This document shows, one piece after another, positions 58,987 to 64,000 of a DNA stretch of 64,000 nt (its first letter is position 1; every line of letters begins with the position of its first letter). The position numbers and the translations under genes were made by a program. The stretch is taken from NCBI GenBank assembly GCA_051251855.1, contig JBPOGI010000001.1, forward strand, positions 1,216,001 through 1,280,000, written 5' to 3'. This stretch comes from Roseibacillus sp. (lineage in GTDB: Bacteria > Verrucomicrobiota > Verrucomicrobiia > Verrucomicrobiales > Akkermansiaceae). Below the pieces are notes generated by a model, which saw nothing but the letters and a program-made list of their open reading frames with translations, was not told the origin of the DNA and searched no databases.

Positions 58987-61302
58987 CTAAAACGTCGTTT
59001 CGTCCTCCCCTAGGATTTGCACCTCGGTATCTAACTCCACGTCGCGCTGCTCTTTCGCCTTGTCTTGGATCTGACCAATCAGCTCTAGAACTTCTGTAGC
59101 GGTTCCCTTCCCGCCATTCACAATAAAGTTTCCATGCTCTTGGGAAACCAAAGCCTTACCCACTGCACTCCCTTTTAAGCCCAACTCATCGACCAATTGA
59201 CCAGCCCCCATTCCCGCATCCGCAGGATTCTTAAAGATACAGCCCGCACTCGCTCCCCGCGGCTGCGTTGCCTTTCGCTTTTGACGAGAAAGTTCTAACT
59301 GCTCTTGGATATGCTCCGCAGTCGCAGAAGGGTCACCTTTAAAGACAACCCGAAGTGCATAATTACGCCTCAACTCAGGAACACTACGATAGAATGCTTG
59401 AATCTCGCCGCGACTTCGAACCCGACGATTACCATCTTCATCCAAGAACTCTAATTCGACCACTTGGTCAAAAGTCTCAATTCCCATCGCTCCCGCATTC
59501 ATGCGCAAGCCTCCTCCCACATTACCGGGGATACCTTCCATCCACTCGAAACCACCGATTCCCTCCTTCTGAGCAAAGCTCGCCAGCTTCTTAAAACGAA
59601 CTCCGGCTCCTGCCTCAATAAGTCCTTCTCCCACGACTCGCAGCGCGCCAAACTCACCCTTATTCGAAGGATGGATCACCGCCCCGCGAATCCCTCCATC
59701 ACGAACCAGCAGATTCGAACCTCGTCCAACCACGCGCACCGGAAATCCCTCTTCCTTAAAGTAATCCACCGAGTTCACAAACCCCTCAAAGGTCTGCGGC
59801 TCCACCCAAAATTGGGCCGGACCACCCACCAACATCGTAGTATGCCGCTTCATGGGCTCATAAAGCTTCACCTTCAAATCAACTTCGCCCCCATCACGCT
59901 TCAGCTCCTCAACAAAAGCGACATCACGAATAATTTTACGACCAATCTCATGAACATTACCCGCTCCCAAGGTCATGAGTAAATCACCCTCCTTGAGAGC
60001 ATTGCCCACCACATGATGAGCATTTTCAAAGTCGTCCAAATACCATCCTTCCGTCGGCCCTTGACGCTCCATGGCCTCGACGATCGTCGCTCCGCTCACC
60101 CCCTCGATAGGATCTTCGCTCGCCGCATAAACGGGCACCACATAGACAAGGTCAGCCAACTGCAACGCCTTTCCAAACTCCTCAGACAGACGTTGGGTTC
60201 GTGAAAAACGATGGGGTTGAAAGACCACTACCAACCGCTTGTTCCCAAGACTGAGAGCCGTCTTCAGGGTCGCATCAATCTCAGTGGGATGGTGCCCGTA
60301 GTCATCAATTACTCGCAAAAAATGGGTGCGCCACTTCGTCTCAAAGCGACGCTTCGCCCCAGCAAAAGTAGACAATGCGCGCGCCACAAGGTCAAAACTC
60401 GCCTCCACTTCGCACGCCAAAACAATCGCCGCCAGAGCATTGAGAACATTGTGCTGCCCAGGAATGCCCAGCTCCACTCGTCCAAGCTCTTCCCCCCGCC
60501 GAATCACCGTAAAGGCAGTCGTACCACGCCCCTCCAAGATATCACGCGCCACAAAGTCATTATCTTCGCCCAAGCCATACGAAATCGAATTCTCACGCTT
60601 GCCACAAACCCGCCGAGCACCCTCGTCGTCACCGCAATAAATAGCGGCATCACTGGTCTGTCCCAGCAGGGTCGTAAACACGGCATCAATCTCCTCAATC
60701 CCATTGTAAAAATCCAAGTGCTCCGCCTCGACATTAAGCACAATCGAATACTTCGGATGATAGAGCTGCAGCGTGCCATCACTTTCATCACCCTCAGCGA
60801 CCATCAGTTCTCCCTCTTCGTCCCAAAACGCATTCGTGCCAAGCACTGGAATCTCCGCTCCCACGTAATGACTGGGCTTCTCGCCCGCCTTTCGCAAAAC
60901 ATGCGCACACATCGCCGAGGTCGTCGTCTTCCCGTGCGTCCCCGAAACGACCACGCCATCCTTACCACCCAAAATCCCCGCCAAACACTCCGCACGCAGC
61001 AAACACGGAGTTCCCGCAGCTTCCGCAGCCGCCCGCGCTGGATTCTCTGGCCGAATCGCCGAGGAATACACCACAGCATCTACGCCCTCAACAGCCTCCG
61101 CCGTATGCGGACTCGAAAACTGCAAACCCAGCCCCTTCAAGCGCTCCACCTCACCGCTCGTCACCCGATCGGATCCGCTCACGCGATGGCCCATCTGCAA
61201 CAGCAAACCCGCCAAACCACTCATCCCAGAGCCTGCCACTCCAATCAAATGCACCCTCGCCGGATTACCCCGGTCCAAAAATCGCTTCGTCCAATCAGCC
61301 AT
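58987..61302 (-). CDS. murC: Bifunctional MurC-MurB fusion (UDP-MurNAc-Ala ligase plus UDP-GlcNAc-enolpyruvate reductase)
   Basis: MurC: GVAGSGMSGLA, GTHGKTTT, EGDESDG, DDYGHHPTE, FQPHRFSRT. MurB: VGGPA, GRGSNLL, GIPGNVGG...MNAGA, SAGCIFKNP, HGNFIVN. Confidence 0.95.
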   Translation of the reverse strand: MADWTKRFLDRGNPARVHLIGVAGSGMSGLAGLLLQMGHRVSGSDRVTSGEVERLKGLGLQFSSPHTAEAVEGVDAVVYSSAIRPENPARAAAEAAGTPCLLRAECLAGILGGKDGVVVSGTHGKTTTSAMCAHVLRKAGEKPSHYVGAEIPVLGTNAFWDEEGELMVAEGDESDGTLQLYHPKYSIVLNVEAEHLDFYNGIEEIDAVFTTLLGQTSDAAIYCGDDEGARRVCGKRENSISYGLGEDNDFVARDILEGRGTTAFTVIRRGEELGRVELGIPGQHNVLNALAAIVLACEVEASFDLVARALSTFAGAKRRFETKWRTHFLRVIDDYGHHPTEIDATLKTALSLGNKRLVVVFQPHRFSRTQRLSEEFGKALQLADLVYVVPVYAASEDPIEGVSGATIVEAMERQGPTEGWYLDDFENAHHVVGNALKEGDLLMTLGAGNVHEIGRKIIRDVAFVEELKRDGGEVDLKVKLYEPMKRHTTMLVGGPAQFWVEPQTFEGFVNSVDYFKEEGFPVRVVGRGSNLLVRDGGIRGAVIHPSNKGEFGALRVVGEGLIEAGAGVRFKKLASFAQKEGIGGFEWMEGIPGNVGGGLRMNAGAMGIETFDQVVELEFLDEDGNRRVRSRGEIQAFYRSVPELRRNYALRVVFKGDPSATAEHIQEQLELSRQKRKATQPRGASAGCIFKNPADAGMGAGQLVDELGLKGSAVGKALVSQEHGNFIVNGGKGTATEVLELIGQIQDKAKEQRDVELDTEVQILGEDETTF

Positions 61303-61443
61303 CAGTTGGGAGAGTATTGGAAACTACCGCCTCCGCCTCAAGGGCATTCCGTGGCGGCTAAGCACATCTTTTTCTCCCTTGATGAACAAACTTTTTGGCC
61401 TTCGCTCTTCTTTCCTGCTCAAAAAGCCTCCATCATCTCATCC

Positions 61444-62460
61444 GTGGCCATTCTGGAAGTCTCAAATCTCACCACCCGCTTTCACACCCGTGACGGAATC
61501 GTCCACGCGGTCGAGGGCGTATCCTTCACCGTCGAGCGCGGTAAAACTCTCGGCATCGTCGGCGAATCCGGCTCAGGAAAATCCGTCACCTGCTACTCTC
61601 TTCTAGGACTCATCCCCAAACCTCCGGGAAAAATCCACTCTGGCAAAGCCCTCTTCGACGGCCACGACCTTTTGGCCAAAGACGAAAAGGACCTCCGCTC
61701 CATCCGTGGCAAGCGTATCTCGATGATTTTCCAGGATCCGATGACCTCGCTCAACCCTTACCTCAAGATTGTCGACCAACTCACCGAACCTCTCACCCTC
61801 CATCTCGGCATCAAGGGAGACGAAGCTCGCGAGCGCGCTATCGAAGCCCTCGCCGAAGTTGGCATCCCCGATCCCGAATCCCGCGTCGATAGCTACCCCC
61901 ACGAATTCTCTGGCGGCATGCGCCAAAGAGTCATGATCGCCATGGCCCTCATCACCAAGCCCGAGCTCCTCATCGCCGACGAGCCCACCACCGCCCTCGA
62001 CGTCACCGTCCAAAAGCAAGTCCTCGACCTCATCCGCAAGCGCCAACAAGACCTCGGCTCCGCGGTCATCCTCATCACCCACGACCTCGCTGTCGTCTCC
62101 GAGACCTGCGACCACGTCAACGTCATGTATGCCGGCCGTGTCGTCGAAAGCGCACCTGCCGCCACCCTCTTTGCCAACCCTCGACACGCCTACACCCGCG
62201 CCCTCTTGCGCAGCATCCCCGCCGGCCAGACCAAAGGTGAAAAACTCTACACCATTCAGGGGCTCCCTCCCATTCTAACATCCCCTCCCACCGGCTGCTC
62301 CTTCCAGCCCCGCAACACCCTCGGCGACCCCAGTAAATGCCTCACCGACAAAGCCCCTCCGCTCGTCGAAGTCGCCCCCGAACACTTCGTTCAAGACTGC
62401 CCCGGCTGTCTAGCGCTCAGCGGTCATTCCTCAGAAGCCCCATCTGGTGCGCCTTGTTGA
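61444..62460 (+). CDS. Oligopeptide/dipeptide ABC transporter ATP-binding subunit (OppD/DppD-like)
   Basis: GTG start [49 protein letters not shown]-terminal Cys motif. Confidence 0.92.
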   Translation: MAILEVSNLTTRFHTRDGIVHAVEGVSFTVERGKTLGIVGESGSGKSVTCYSLLGLIPKPPGKIHSGKALFDGHDLLAKDEKDLRSIRGKRISMIFQDPMTSLNPYLKIVDQLTEPLTLHLGIKGDEARERAIEALAEVGIPDPESRVDSYPHEFSGGMRQRVMIAMALITKPELLIADEPTTALDVTVQKQVLDLIRKRQQDLGSAVILITHDLAVVSETCDHVNVMYAGRVVESAPAATLFANPRHAYTRALLRSIPAGQTKGEKLYTIQGLPPILTSPPTGCSFQPRNTLGDPSKCLTDKAPPLVEVAPEHFVQDCPGCLALSGHSSEAPSGAPC

Positions 62461-63088
62461 TGGCTGCTGGTGAATTGGGCACGTTCAGCTTCTCGAAGAT
62501 ATGAGCAATGTGATTGGCCACCGTTTTGTGGCTGATATTGAGTTGTTCGGCGATTTCCTTCCTCGCTAGGCCTTGACTAATGAGCGAAAGAATCTCTCTT
62601 TCCCGATCTGATAAAACGGAGTCGCCATGGGCCTGTTCTTCTCTGAAAGTATTCAGAAGAAAGAGGGCCATTCTCGGGTCTACCGAAGCCCCTCCCCTCG
62701 CTACACTTTCAATCCCAGTTCGCAACTCTTGAATTGACGAGGACTTCAACAAGTATCCTGCCGCTCCCAGTCTAATAGCGTTCAAAACATCAGCTTCGTT
62801 TTCTGACTGCGTGAGAATCAAAATCTTCGACTCCGGAGTGAGTCTAGCCAGCTCTGGCAACGCCTCTAGCCCAGAAATCCCTGGCAAGTTCAGATCGAGT
62901 AGTATCACATCTGGGACGGCACAAGCGGCCTTATTCTCAAGGCTACGCAAAGCCTGCTCCGCTGTCCCGAACATGCCAACAAGATCGATCGCAGGATCGT
63001 CCCGAAAGGCAAATTGAATGACGTGACGATATTCATCACTGTCTTCCACTAGCACGAGTTTTGTTTTCTCTTTCGTTACCTCAATCAT
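62417..63088 (-). CDS. NarL/LuxR family response regulator
   Basis: LVED, ILLDLNLPGISG, GAAGYLLK, LSDREREIL...EIAEQLNIS...KL. Confidence 0.95.
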   Translation of the reverse strand: MIEVTKEKTKLVLVEDSDEYRHVIQFAFRDDPAIDLVGMFGTAEQALRSLENKAACAVPDVILLDLNLPGISGLEALPELARLTPESKILILTQSENEADVLNAIRLGAAGYLLKSSSIQELRTGIESVARGGASVDPRMALFLLNTFREEQAHGDSVLSDREREILSLISQGLARKEIAEQLNISHKTVANHIAHIFEKLNVPNSPAAINKAHQMGLLRNDR

Positions 63089-63095
63089 AGTCAGT

Positions 63096-64000
63096 TCATA
63101 AGAATCTACGGCGGGACTTCAACTTCAGAGAGATACTCGAACCTCCCTGGCGCGGTGTTTCGATCATCACCTTCGATCCCAGATACCGAGCTCTGCGCGC
63201 AAGTGAAGGCGGAACGGCACCCTGCTCGCTATCGTGAATTCCTCGCCCATTATCAGAGATACTCAGGTGAACCTTACGCTTATCAGCCTCGATCCGAATG
63301 GTCACTTCAGTGGCATCAGCATGGCGGTTCACGTTGATAAGACATTCTTTGAAAAAGAGGAAGAAGTCGGAGCGTACCCGGGGCTTCAATTGCTGGAGAA
63401 GCTCCTCACCTTCGACCTCAAAGGTGTAACTGAGATTAGCAATCATTCGACCCGCCGTCCTCTTGAGATCTCCCAAGAGATTTTCATGGGCCTCCTTTGC
63501 GGATTGCTGGTTACAGAAATCCCGAGTGGCATCACCTGCTCGCTGGGTCATCAACCCGATTTCATCCAAGGCCTTGGTCAACTTGTCCGGCGAATCAACG
63601 ATATCTTTGGTGTGAGAACTCAAAATACCAATCGCATGCAAACTGGCACCAACATGGTCATGAAGATCAGCCGTGAAGCGCTCTCGAATACGAGCAGCCT
63701 CACGGACCCGAAGGTGCCTACCCACCAGTATTGATACCGCCACCAATACTGCCAGCGCGATAATGAGACGCTTCAAGAGCAAAAGAGTTTCCTGTTGCTT
63801 ATCGTAGAGCGCATCGAGACGTATACTGACAAGAGCAAGCTCCTTCTCCAAATCGTGGCGCCTTGCGAGCTGATTCATCCAAGAGCGAATCGGCAGAACA
63901 ACACCGTAGACATTGTAGCCATCGGTTAACTTGCTCAAACTCGATTTTTCATTTTCGGTCGCTTTGATGGGACCTTTCGATTGCGCTACGTTTCGTCCTT
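63096..64000 (-). CDS. Membrane sensor histidine kinase (HisKA_3 type), C-terminal part; continues beyond the right edge
   Basis: TM segment, RERFTADLHDHVG, KECLINVNRHA, ISDNGRG. Confidence 0.9.
   Translation of the reverse strand, partial: GRNVAQSKGPIKATENEKSSLSKLTDGYNVYGVVLPIRSWMNQLARRHDLEKELALVSIRLDALYDKQQETLLLLKRLIIALAVLVAVSILVGRHLRVREAARIRERFTADLHDHVGASLHAIGILSSHTKDIVDSPDKLTKALDEIGLMTQRAGDATRDFCNQQSAKEAHENLLGDLKRTAGRMIANLSYTFEVEGEELLQQLKPRVRSDFFLFFKECLINVNRHADATEVTIRIEADKRKVHLSISDNGRGIHDSEQGAVPPSLARRARYLGSKVMIETPRQGGSSISLKLKSRRRFL

Noticed and set aside
60211..61443. Apparent 749-aa ABC ATPase with a long N-terminal extension
   Set aside because: The extension is antisense to murC; ATPase homology begins at the GTG at 61444

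Overview
64-kb chromosomal segment, most consistent with a Verrucomicrobiota genome. That assignment is an inference from the MurC-MurB fusion, the DUF1552/DUF1592 cytochrome-c pair, the sulfatase, the giant TPR protein and the DUF58 module. Most of the window is housekeeping genes: cysI, gpmI, an ECF sigma/anti-sigma operon, rodA, argA, gspE/gspF-like genes, tRNA-Ile(CAU), a metB-like gene, dksA-like/rpmG/rpsR, scpB, pheA, clpX, an rlmD-like gene, cysE/rrf2, pyc, a membrane pyrophosphatase, murC-murB, oppD/oppF-like ATPases and a NarL-type two-component pair. The main accessory locus follows pyruvate carboxylase (47.8-53.0 kb). It is an integrase-free defence islet of a Fic gene, a Phd/PIN toxin-antitoxin pair and a Zorya type II-like zorA-zorB-HNH operon. 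The Fic gene is bracketed by two synonymously diverged copies of the pyc 3' end. Features absent from the ORF track include rpmG, the 5' part of cysI, an amber-interrupted YciI-like gene, a 216-bp MITE, REP-like hairpins, a 4-unit tandem repeat and a candidate ECF-promoter-driven structured sRNA divergent from the ECF sigma gene. No CRISPR array, rRNA, integrase or transposase was seen. All family calls come from motif recognition by eye; no database search was run.
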